A stretch of 64,000 nucleotides of DNA, taken from positions 107,468 through 171,467 of IMG/VR virus record IMGVR_UViG_3300014204_000107; one strand, 5' to 3'. The translations under genes and the position numbers were made by a program. Origin of the DNA: a virus. Taxonomy: Duplodnaviria; Heunggongvirae; Uroviricota; Caudoviricetes. Shown in pieces: positions 55,466 to 64,000 of the stretch. Every line of letters starts with the position of its first letter. Positions within the stretch are counted from its first letter, which is position 1. The notes under the pieces are model-generated. The model saw only the letters and a list, made by a program, of their open reading frames with translations, ran no database searches and was not told the origin of the DNA.

Positions 55466-56182
55466 ATGTCAAAGAAACCTTATTTTGATATAAATACTGA
55501 AAAAGCTATTATTGCATATAATAAATCAACTGACCTGGCGGAGCGTGAAATTTTATTTAGAAAGTTTATATACCAATCTTTTAATAAACTCGCTGAAAAT
55601 TTAATTAATACTAAAAAAGCATACTATATGTCTGACAGTGTTGAAGAAAGTAAGTATGAGGTGGTGACTTATTTATTGGAAAAGCTTAAAAAATATGATG
55701 AAACTAAAGGAAAAGCGTTTTCATATTTTACCGTAGTTGCAGGAAACTATATTATTATACAAAATAAAATTGCGTATAATGATAGGAAAACAAAAATGAG
55801 CATTGAGACTGCGGAGATGGATATAGATATGGACGAAAGTTTATTTACATATCATGAGTACGACATGCCAGAAAATGTGACCACTTCGTTTTATAATATA
55901 TACGTTGAATATTTAGATAGACAATTAGATAATTTATTTCCAAAATCCCGCGACAATAAAATAGCAAATGCTGTATTATTAATTATGAAAAATAGGGATC
56001 ACGCAGATAATAATAAAAAGATTTTATATGCTATAATAAGAGAAATAGTCCCAGACGCAAAGACCCAACAAATAACAAGACTTATTAATAAAATGAAGAG
56101 TTTATACGATATTATATTTGATATATATACGAGTGGTGGAAAAATAGACTATAATACTAATTATACCTATATGGCAGACTAA
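55466..56182 (+). CDS. phage sigma-factor-like (late transcription) protein
   Basis: region-2-like LKKYDETKGKAFSYFTVVAGNYI. Confidence 0.7.
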   Translation: MSKKPYFDINTEKAIIAYNKSTDLAEREILFRKFIYQSFNKLAENLINTKKAYYMSDSVEESKYEVVTYLLEKLKKYDETKGKAFSYFTVVAGNYIIIQNKIAYNDRKTKMSIETAEMDIDMDESLFTYHEYDMPENVTTSFYNIYVEYLDRQLDNLFPKSRDNKIANAVLLIMKNRDHADNNKKILYAIIREIVPDAKTQQITRLINKMKSLYDIIFDIYTSGGKIDYNTNYTYMAD

Positions 56183-56192
56183 TGGGGATATC

Positions 56193-56597
56193 ATGGCAAA
56201 TTTAACTGATGAAATTTTTGAAGGCAAAACATTTGCAGAATTATTATCCGATATTTATAATAATGCAAAGGAAAAGGATAAAATTATTAACAATTTAATG
56301 ATTATTATTAATGGTGTGCTAGAAAAGCAGAAAGATAATATGAGGTTAACTGATTTAACAGTAATGATGCCTATGATTAATGAATTAAATAGTACAAGCA
56401 TTAAAAATAATGATATTTTAGTTAAATTGGCTGCGGTAGTGCAAAGAAGTTTGCAAAAAGATTCTACTACATCTGCATTAGATGATTTGCTTATTTCAAA
56501 AGAAGAAATGTTAGAAATTCAAGAGTCTACAAGTAATGATAAACCCATAAAAATACAACAATTGGTTGATAAAGTTACTGCGTTGGAGAAAAAATAA
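56193..56597 (+). CDS. conserved phage hypothetical protein
   Basis: IFEGKTF..LL.DIY.N...NDIL.KLA.VVQR. Confidence 0.7.
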   Translation: MANLTDEIFEGKTFAELLSDIYNNAKEKDKIINNLMIIINGVLEKQKDNMRLTDLTVMMPMINELNSTSIKNNDILVKLAAVVQRSLQKDSTTSALDDLLISKEEMLEIQESTSNDKPIKIQQLVDKVTALEKK

Positions 56598-57898
56598 TGT
56601 TCAAAACAAACCCAGTTTGGAATACTTTTTATGCTGATGCATTAAATAAAACCCATCGTACACTAACTAAAGAGGTTGGTGAAGTACAATGGCTATTTGA
56701 ATCTGCTGAAGTGGTTGATATTATACTTGATAATAAGCATCCGTTATATAAAGATGATAGAGATATTGGGTGTATTGTTATTAAATTAGTTAATACAAGC
56801 GTAGAAACCAATAGTAGTAAAAATATTACAGTTGCAAAACCTGCAAGCCCGTATATAAAAAAATATCCGCTTAAGCATGAAATTGTTACAGTATTTAAAT
56901 CTTCCAATACTGATGCGGGAGAAATTCATAAATCTGTTTCTTATTATTATTTGGATGTTGTCAATATATGGGGGATGGCCAATCACAACGTGCTCCCCGG
57001 CGTATCATACATTCCCGACCCAGAAAATAAAACCCAAAATTATATACAATTTACTGGTAATGCAGTTAATCCAACAGTTACAGAACCTGATGTTGGCGAT
57101 ACATTTCAAAAAAATGAAAATGTTCCAGATTTACAGCCATATGAAGGTGATATTATATTTTTGGGTAGGTGGGGCCAATCAATTAGATTTGGTAGCACAG
57201 TTAGAATGACCAATGTTGCAAATACTTGGTCATCAAAAGGCAATAATGGGGACCCAATTATAATAATTCAAGCTACAAAAGCAGTAAAAGGTTCTTTTTA
57301 CAAAGTTGAAGATGTAAATAGTGATAGTAGTTCTATTTATATATGTGATGGGCAAGCAATTGGCATAGAATTGCCATCAACCGAATCAAATTCGTTTAGA
57401 CTCGGTGGCACTAAACCTAAAGCCACCAAAGAATATGTAGGCAGGCATATTACAATTAGTTCAGATAGACTTTTATTATCTGCTAAAAACGAGTCAATAA
57501 TACTTAATTCTAAAAAAACAATATGGTTATCTGCGGATAATTCTGTAAATATAGATAGTGCAAATAATTTACTAATTAATTCAGGCGGACCAATAAAATT
57601 CTCATCGTCTAAAATATTTGATATAACATCAAATAGCGGATTTAATTTGAAAGCAAATACAAAATGTGTATTTGATGCACCCCAAATATTTATTGGAGCG
57701 AACGCAACAGAAATGGCAGTATTAGGCAATCAGTTGTTAGCAATATTGACAGAATTATTAACAACCATTACTGCAGATGCAGCCACCCCCAGAGCAGTAT
57801 CCGGTACTGTGACGGTTCCATCGACATATTTAGGACAATATTCACAGATATTGTCCAAACTACAGCAAATATTAAGTAAGAAAGTATTTATAGAATAG
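56597..57898 (+). CDS. baseplate hub/spike (gp5-like) protein
   Basis: OB-fold-like N-terminus (YPL..E.V), EGD.IF.GRWGQSIRFGS, SDRLLLSAK, beta-rich C-terminus. Confidence 0.65.
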   Translation: MFKTNPVWNTFYADALNKTHRTLTKEVGEVQWLFESAEVVDIILDNKHPLYKDDRDIGCIVIKLVNTSVETNSSKNITVAKPASPYIKKYPLKHEIVTVFKSSNTDAGEIHKSVSYYYLDVVNIWGMANHNVLPGVSYIPDPENKTQNYIQFTGNAVNPTVTEPDVGDTFQKNENVPDLQPYEGDIIFLGRWGQSIRFGSTVRMTNVANTWSSKGNNGDPIIIIQATKAVKGSFYKVEDVNSDSSSIYICDGQAIGIELPSTESNSFRLGGTKPKATKEYVGRHITISSDRLLLSAKNESIILNSKKTIWLSADNSVNIDSANNLLINSGGPIKFSSSKIFDITSNSGFNLKANTKCVFDAPQIFIGANATEMAVLGNQLLAILTELLTTITADAATPRAVSGTVTVPSTYLGQYSQILSKLQQILSKKVFIE

Positions 57899-57995
57899 CA
57901 ACTGCTACTAATGAGGGGAATTGAATTCCCCTTTTTTGTTGAAAAATTTCTACAATCTATATTTATATTAGACAAAAAGTATTTAAGGGGGTTTT

Positions 57996-58568
57996 ATGAC
58001 TATTAATTTTAAGCAATTGGTTACACTTTTAAGAGAAGCAGTGCGTGAAGAAGTAAAAATTGCTATACGAGAAGAGTTTGCAAAGCTTGATAAAACTATG
58101 ATTGTTGAACGCAAGCAAGTACGGCCGCAGGAATCTGTGGTTAAAAAGCAAACAACAACTAAACAAAAAGAAATAATATCGGAAGAGCAAATTGCAGGCA
58201 ACCCAATGTTATCAATGATTGCATTGACAGCAAAAGAAATGCAGGAAGATGGTAGTATTAATACGTTTGGCAAGGACGGTGATGGCGGGTTTATGGGCCG
58301 GTCAATACTTGATTTTAAAGATGAAATGAAAGCCGGAAGCAAGCCGCAACAAACAGAAGATGGTTGGGAAGTATTAGGCAATAAAGTGCTTTCAACAAAT
58401 GATGTTGCATCTACTGCGCCAATAGTACCGGATATGGATTCAAATAGTTATGCTGAAGCAGAGGAGTATGACAACCCAATATTAAATAATATAATGTCTG
58501 GTAAAATGGCTAAAATATTACAAAGCTCTTATCAGCACGATGGTTCACACGCACCAACCGGAGGATAA
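57996..58568 (+). CDS. hypothetical protein with LLREAVREEV N-terminal motif
   Basis: motif similar to the 35-37 kb family. Confidence 0.7.
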   Translation: MTINFKQLVTLLREAVREEVKIAIREEFAKLDKTMIVERKQVRPQESVVKKQTTTKQKEIISEEQIAGNPMLSMIALTAKEMQEDGSINTFGKDGDGGFMGRSILDFKDEMKAGSKPQQTEDGWEVLGNKVLSTNDVASTAPIVPDMDSNSYAEAEEYDNPILNNIMSGKMAKILQSSYQHDGSHAPTGG

Positions 58569-58573
58569 TATTA

Positions 58574-58993
58574 ATGGAAAAAAAAATTAATCCATTAGAT
58601 TTTGATAATAATGCATTTATTGGCTTAAAGCTACCACTATTTTATTCCGATAATCAATCGTTTAATATGAATATGGTTACCGTAGATCACGTTAAAACAA
58701 AATTAAAAAATTTAATATTTACTCAAGAAGGCGAACGAGTAATGAATCCAACATTTGGGTGTGATTTTAATAAAGTATTATTTGAGCAAGAAACGGGCGA
58801 TAATATGGTATTTTATATAGAGTCGCACATCAAAGATAAAATAAAAACGTGGATACCGGAAGTAGAAGTACAAGAAGTTAAAATTAATGTCGATTTATAT
58901 ACTCAACATGCAATAAATGTTTTAATAATATATAAAATTATATACGAACCGGATACAAAAGAAAACTTATCCTTTACAATTAATATGAATTAA
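58574..58993 (+). CDS. baseplate wedge protein, GPW/gp25 family
   Basis: LKNLIFTQEGERVMNPTFGC...LFEQ...WIPEV. Confidence 0.9.
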   Translation: MEKKINPLDFDNNAFIGLKLPLFYSDNQSFNMNMVTVDHVKTKLKNLIFTQEGERVMNPTFGCDFNKVLFEQETGDNMVFYIESHIKDKIKTWIPEVEVQEVKINVDLYTQHAINVLIIYKIIYEPDTKENLSFTINMN

Positions 58994-59010
58994 TCATTGG
59001 GTTAACAACT

Positions 59011-60885
59011 ATGGCTGACAATGTTACAAAAGAAATACGATATTTAAATAAGGATTTTTCTTCATTTAGAAAAAACTTAATTAACTACGCTAAAATATAT
59101 TTTAGTAATATATTTAATGACTATAGCGACACTGATCCATCAATAATGTTTATTGAAATGGCAGCATATGTTGGTGATGTTCTTTCGTATTATATGGATA
59201 ACCAATTTAAAGAGTCGTTATTAGCGTATGCAGAAGAAAAAAGAAATGTGTATGCTATTTCACAAGCATTAGGATATAAACCAAGAATAATAGTTCCAGC
59301 TGCCACAACGTTAGATGTATATCAAATAGTACCAGCAACAGGCACTAATGGAGAAACACCTGATTATAATTATACATTGCGTATAGATAAAAATATGCAA
59401 GTAGCATCTGCAACGAACCGTTCTATTATATTTAAAACAAGGGATCCTATTAATTTTGGGTTTTCAAATAATGCAAGTCCATTAGAAATATCTATTTATA
59501 GAACAGACGGGGCTGGCAAACCAACCCATTATCTATTAAAAAAACAAGCATTAGCGGAAGCTGGGATATTAAAGAATACTGCAATAACGGTCACAGATCC
59601 ACAAAAATATTTTAAATTCACAATACCAGAAAGTAATATAATATCAATAGATAGAATATATGATGCGGATGGGAATGATTGGTATGAAGTACCTTATTTG
59701 GCGCAGGATACAATATTTTATGATGTTCTTAATGAAATATCTAATGACCCAACATTAGCACAATATAATGATAGTGTACCGTATATTTTAAAACAAAAGA
59801 AAGTTCCTCGCAGATTTGTCACAAGATATACAAGTGAAGGGGCGGTAGAAGTTCAGTTTGGTGCAGGAATAAGTGCAAATCCGGATGAAGAAATATTGCC
59901 AACGCCAGATAATATTGGATTAATGACACCTACAAATGTAGAAAAATTAAATTATAATTGGGACTTATCTAATTTTCTTTATAGTACTGCATATGGGCAA
60001 GTGCCCCATAATACTACTTTAACAGTAGAATATACGGTTGGCGGTGGAATTTCATCAAATGTATTAGCAAATAATCTTACAATATTATATGATGTAACTG
60101 CTGTAGTTAAAGCAGGATCTGACGCATCAACATCAGATTATGTTAAAAATTCACTTGCAGTAAACAACCCAGACCCAGCAACAGGCGGAAGAGATGGTGA
60201 AACTGCTGATGAAATACGACTAAATGCTATGGCAAGCTTTCAATCGCAAGGAAGAGCAGTCACAAAAGAAGATTATATATTGCGTGCATTATCAATGCCT
60301 CCTAAATTTGGCAGTATTTCTAAAGTATATATTGTGCAGGATGACCAATTAAATTTTATTGATTATCGCAATAGACTTAGAAATCCATTATCTATGAATA
60401 TGTATGTTTTGAGTTTTAATGCAGACAAACAATTAACTGTTGCAAATCAAGCCATAAAAACAAACTTGAGAACATATATTGATAAATATAGAATGATGAC
60501 CGATGCAATTAACATTAAAGACGCATATATTGTTAATATTGGTGTCAAATTCGAAATTATGATATTAAATAATTATGCGAGCCAAGAGGTATTGGTTGAA
60601 TGTATTAAGGTTCTTAAAGATTATTTTAATATTGATAGGTGGCAAATCAACCAACCAATATACATTAATGATATATATAGTAAGTTATTAGCGGTTCGTG
60701 GTGTACAAAACATATTATCAATTAAGATAGAAAATTTATTTGATGAAACATTGGGATATCAAACAAACGTATATGACATAAATGTTGCTACTATTAATAA
60801 TATCATATATCCATCAATGGACCCATGCATATTCGAATGCAGATTTCCTGACAATGATATTTCGGGACGATGCATAACCTATTAG
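59011..60885 (+). CDS. baseplate wedge protein (T4 gp6/baseplate J-like)
   Basis: YLNKDFSSFR, FIEMAAYVGDVLSYY, VQFGAG, GGRDGET.DEIR, Q.RAVT.EDY. Confidence 0.9.
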   Translation: MADNVTKEIRYLNKDFSSFRKNLINYAKIYFSNIFNDYSDTDPSIMFIEMAAYVGDVLSYYMDNQFKESLLAYAEEKRNVYAISQALGYKPRIIVPAATTLDVYQIVPATGTNGETPDYNYTLRIDKNMQVASATNRSIIFKTRDPINFGFSNNASPLEISIYRTDGAGKPTHYLLKKQALAEAGILKNTAITVTDPQKYFKFTIPESNIISIDRIYDADGNDWYEVPYLAQDTIFYDVLNEISNDPTLAQYNDSVPYILKQKKVPRRFVTRYTSEGAVEVQFGAGISANPDEEILPTPDNIGLMTPTNVEKLNYNWDLSNFLYSTAYGQVPHNTTLTVEYTVGGGISSNVLANNLTILYDVTAVVKAGSDASTSDYVKNSLAVNNPDPATGGRDGETADEIRLNAMASFQSQGRAVTKEDYILRALSMPPKFGSISKVYIVQDDQLNFIDYRNRLRNPLSMNMYVLSFNADKQLTVANQAIKTNLRTYIDKYRMMTDAINIKDAYIVNIGVKFEIMILNNYASQEVLVECIKVLKDYFNIDRWQINQPIYINDIYSKLLAVRGVQNILSIKIENLFDETLGYQTNVYDINVATINNIIYPSMDPCIFECRFPDNDISGRCITY

Positions 60886-60892
60886 GAGTATT

Positions 60893-61936
60893 ATGATTAT
60901 ATATAAAGTATTGAATAAAATTAATGGTAAATCGTATATAGGCCAGACAAAAAATAAATTATCTGACAGACAATATCAGCATATTAATTCTGCCCTTATA
61001 AAAGATAGTGATATGGTATTTCATAGAGCATTAAAAAAATATGGAATTAATAATTTTGAATGGAATATAATATGCGAATGTAATACATTAGAAGAATTAA
61101 ATGAAAAAGAAATATTTTTTATAGATAAATTTAAAACATTAGTTCCAACTGGGTATAATATATCTATTGGTGGAAGTAATTTGAATTATTGGTTATATAT
61201 AGACGAAAATAGACGAAAATTAATATCAGCAAAAATAAGCAATGCAAATAAGGGTCGAATACAAACGGAGGAAGAAAAAAGAAAACGGTCAGAGTCATGC
61301 AAAAAATCATGCAAAGGAAAGCCATTATCTGAAGAATCTAAACAAAAGTTGAGAGATGCAAATATTGGGAAAATAATATCGGAAGAAACACGACGAAAAA
61401 TTAGTGCTGCAAATACGGGGCGCAAAAGATTACCAATATCAGCTGAAACTCGATTAAAATTAAGTATATCACATATGGGAAAATCATCAATTAAAAAAGG
61501 AAGCACACTCACATCTGAACATAAAAAGAAAATAAGTAATGCATTGACAGGAAGGAAATTAACAGCGGAACACATAGAACATTCCAGGTTAGGTAATATT
61601 GGAAAAAAACGGACTGATGAAACTAAGCAAAAAATAAGTGAATCTAATAAAGGAAACAGGAATGCATTGGGATGCATACGCACACCGGAGACGAAGAAAA
61701 AGATGAGTATTGCTAGAAAAAAGTCTATGCGTGACGAAGTAATAATAACTTGCCAACAATGTGGAAATATATTTAAAGTGCCGTACGGCAAAAGAGCACG
61801 AAAATATTGCAATAATCGATGTGCTGCCGATGCTCGCACAGGAAATAACAACCCATCGAAGCGTTTTGACGTGCGACAAAAAATCAGCAATACTAAAAAA
61901 GGTAAACCCTGTTTTATTGGGAGAAAATATAAATGA
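60893..61936 (+). CDS. GIY-YIG homing endonuclease with multiple NUMOD3 repeats
   Basis: IIYKV.NKINGKSYIGQT...R..H, GYNISIGG; repeated (S/T)EET(R/K)xKIS..xG. Confidence 0.9.
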   Translation: MIIYKVLNKINGKSYIGQTKNKLSDRQYQHINSALIKDSDMVFHRALKKYGINNFEWNIICECNTLEELNEKEIFFIDKFKTLVPTGYNISIGGSNLNYWLYIDENRRKLISAKISNANKGRIQTEEEKRKRSESCKKSCKGKPLSEESKQKLRDANIGKIISEETRRKISAANTGRKRLPISAETRLKLSISHMGKSSIKKGSTLTSEHKKKISNALTGRKLTAEHIEHSRLGNIGKKRTDETKQKISESNKGNRNALGCIRTPETKKKMSIARKKSMRDEVIITCQQCGNIFKVPYGKRARKYCNNRCAADARTGNNNPSKRFDVRQKISNTKKGKPCFIGRKYK

Positions 61937-63558
61937 TAATACCTATATATCCAACTAAAGATAATACAATTTACGAAAAGTATCCGTTGAAAAATACGGG
62001 GCTGGATAGTATATTGGAAATAAATAAGGAAACAATAGATTCCGCCAGCATATGTGCATCTCGTATATTAATGCAATTTGATTCGGATGAAATTAATGAT
62101 ATTAAATCAACATATATTAATGGTGCAAGTTGCTCTTATTATTTAAGATTATTTATTAGTGATATTAAAGAGATACCAGAAGATTTAACAATAGATATAT
62201 ACCCAATATCGCAATCCTGGGATATGGGTGTTGGAAAATATTATGATACTCCGCAGCCTGTATCCGGTAGTTCGTGGACATATAAAACAGGATACTATGG
62301 TACACAATGGACAACTGCATCATATGCATCATCCACAACAGGTAGTTATCTAACCAATCCAGGTGGTGGTACATGGTATACAACACCAGCATGCACTGCA
62401 TCTTTTGCTAATAATGTAATAGAAGATATTAGAATAGATGTCACAAATATTGTAAATAAATGGGTAGTTACTGCAGACATTATAAATAATGGATTTATAT
62501 TAAAAGCACGAAGTGAATATGTTACTACTGTAAGTAATAGAGATTATTCGATTAAATTTTTCTCAAAAGATACGCACACTATATTTCAACCTAGATTGGA
62601 AGTTTGCTGGGATGACCAAGTATATGCGCCAATAACTATAACTAATACAACATATTTATATAGTGCAAGCAAAACTACATTTACACAAAGTGATTATCCA
62701 ATAATTACGACTACATTTGCTACGGGTGTGCATGATGTAATAACATCAAGTTCTATAACATACACGAGCACATCTGCTAATTATTATACTATGCAAACAT
62801 TATCATATAGTGGAAGCATATATACTGGTTCAGGTGAGTTTAATTATTTGGGCAATATTACTGGTTCTATAATTGGATATGCAGACTTAAAGGCAACAAG
62901 CAGCTATACTGCAAGCTTAAATGGTATATTAGATGATACTATAATTGTATCAGGCAGTTATAGTGGATCGTATAATAATAATACTTTTAAAGGATATTTT
63001 AGTGGCAGTATCAGTGGTTATGCAAATATGCTTCTTTCTGGTAGTTATGTAGCTATAGTAGATGGTACATTTACAGGAAATATATATACACAATCAATAT
63101 CAATTACAACACCTGCAGCTATACTTCAATATTTTTATACTGCATCGCAATATTATTATATTTCTTCATCCGCGGACAGGCACCCAATAAATAATTATGA
63201 TAGCATATTGTATTTACAAAACAATACAGGAAAATATAAATTAGATAGTTTTGTAAGATTTAATATTGGCGTAAGGGATAGGTATATTGATAAAACGTAT
63301 TCAACATCTTCAAATTATTTAGTAATTCAATATTTGCCAACTTCGTCTTATTATTCAATTATTGACGGGCCATCAAATACAACAATAGTGCCGTTCAGTG
63401 ATTTTACAAAAATAAGTGCAGACGCGAATATTAATTATATCAATTATCATATGGGTGGATTACAGCCAGAACGGCAATATAAAATGATTTTTAAGGTTAT
63501 ATCAGGCAGTATTGAACAATATTATGACAATAATTGCTATTTTAAAGTGGTTAAGTAA
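61933..63558 (+). CDS. virion structural protein with Ser/Thr/Gly/Tyr-rich insert
   Basis: KDNTIYE, NTGLDSILEI, SRILMQFD, SQSWDMGVG, NNGFILK, FFSKDTHTIFQPRLEV.WDD. Confidence 0.7.
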   Translation: MIIPIYPTKDNTIYEKYPLKNTGLDSILEINKETIDSASICASRILMQFDSDEINDIKSTYINGASCSYYLRLFISDIKEIPEDLTIDIYPISQSWDMGVGKYYDTPQPVSGSSWTYKTGYYGTQWTTASYASSTTGSYLTNPGGGTWYTTPACTASFANNVIEDIRIDVTNIVNKWVVTADIINNGFILKARSEYVTTVSNRDYSIKFFSKDTHTIFQPRLEVCWDDQVYAPITITNTTYLYSASKTTFTQSDYPIITTTFATGVHDVITSSSITYTSTSANYYTMQTLSYSGSIYTGSGEFNYLGNITGSIIGYADLKATSSYTASLNGILDDTIIVSGSYSGSYNNNTFKGYFSGSISGYANMLLSGSYVAIVDGTFTGNIYTQSISITTPAAILQYFYTASQYYYISSSADRHPINNYDSILYLQNNTGKYKLDSFVRFNIGVRDRYIDKTYSTSSNYLVIQYLPTSSYYSIIDGPSNTTIVPFSDFTKISADANINYINYHMGGLQPERQYKMIFKVISGSIEQYYDNNCYFKVVK

Positions 63559-63564
63559 ATAAGT

Positions 63565-64000
63565 ATGAAAGAGGAACTAATTAGAAAAAGCTATGTTACT
63601 GGTGAGTGGGAACATTTTGTACCAACTGGGCAAGGTGTGCTTGACCATTGGTCCCCGGGTATTGTTAATAACGACGTATTAATAAATCCAGATAGCTTCA
63701 CTGAAACTAATTATGATGCAAACGGTATTGCTATTTATTACCAAGATTATACAAATGCAATGCTTAAAATAGATGCAACTGTAAATTATTATTTAGCATC
63801 TGAATATAATAAAAAATATGATACCACAATAACTGAATTATATCAACCACCATCTAATGCAGAATCCGGTTCAGCAATACAAATTAATCCATATGCAAAC
63901 CTTAAAGAATTTGGCCGTAATTTGATTAAAAATTATGATATGGTTGAAGAATTAAAGAGCTGGGAAGTAGTATCAGGCAATCCAAAAGTAATAGGTGACT
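63565..64000 (+). CDS. probable structural protein (truncated by window end)
   Basis: open frame from ATG 63565 to the end. Confidence 0.55.
   Translation, partial: MKEELIRKSYVTGEWEHFVPTGQGVLDHWSPGIVNNDVLINPDSFTETNYDANGIAIYYQDYTNAMLKIDATVNYYLASEYNKKYDTTITELYQPPSNAESGSAIQINPYANLKEFGRNLIKNYDMVEELKSWEVVSGNPKVIGD

Noticed and set aside
61186-61890. 234-aa antisense ORF and similar long antisense ORFs opposite A-rich genes
   Set aside because: They are shadow frames of Lys-rich sense genes, with Phe/Leu/Ile-biased composition.
60893-61936. Group I intron around the GIY-YIG gene between baseplate genes
   Set aside because: The flanking genes are complete with their own stops and starts and there is no room for intron core elements, so it is a free-standing endonuclease.
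1-64000. Genome-wide stop-codon reassignment (code 15 or 4/25)
   Set aside because: TAG terminates many intact genes directly before the next start (e.g. 1761, 28269, 52932, 57898, 60885), TGA is used in ATGA overlaps, and long genes have no internal stops. Only three isolated in-frame stops were seen.
1-64000. CRISPR array or cas genes
   Set aside because: No regularly spaced identical repeats or Cas motifs were seen; the recurring TTACTTCG motifs are irregular and structurally Y-RNA-like.
1-64000. Reverse transcriptase, DGR or retron
   Set aside because: No RT (YxDD) ORF and no template/variable repeat pair were found in the window.

Overview
AT-rich segment of a large lytic phage genome (jumbo/huge myovirus; T4-like gp25/gp6 baseplate and late-sigma-like genes at the right end). 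The host is probably Bacteroidota. This is inferred from SD-less A-rich early leaders, TAnnTTTR promoter-like boxes, signal peptides ending in S-Q, Bacteroidales-type dockerins and a tmRNA tag starting with Gly. The left ~32 kb is an early/accessory region of small hypothetical ORFs plus Csp, WGR-PARP, RNA ligase, DnaJ, DNA ligase, HD/HAD proteins, homing endonucleases, a truncated TnpB, a truncated RtcB and two dockerin-bearing proteins. The centre (32-49 kb) is an RNA/translation island: an RNase P RNA, two convergent tRNA arrays (~35 tRNA or tRNA-like genes, many atypical), a tmRNA with a 34-codon tag, several Y RNA (YrlA)-like genes including one in circularly permuted tRNA order, IF3 and a hybrid sensor kinase. 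Each tRNA array starts with a short leader ORF whose TAG stop overlaps an antiterminator for a downstream intrinsic terminator, and both terminator loops contain CAACCA. This looks like a translation-sensing attenuation switch for the phage tRNA supply and is the best candidate for an undescribed system. The right ~14 kb holds late/structural genes. All RNA calls and folds were made by eye and need tRNAscan-SE/Infernal confirmation. No CRISPR array or rRNA was seen.
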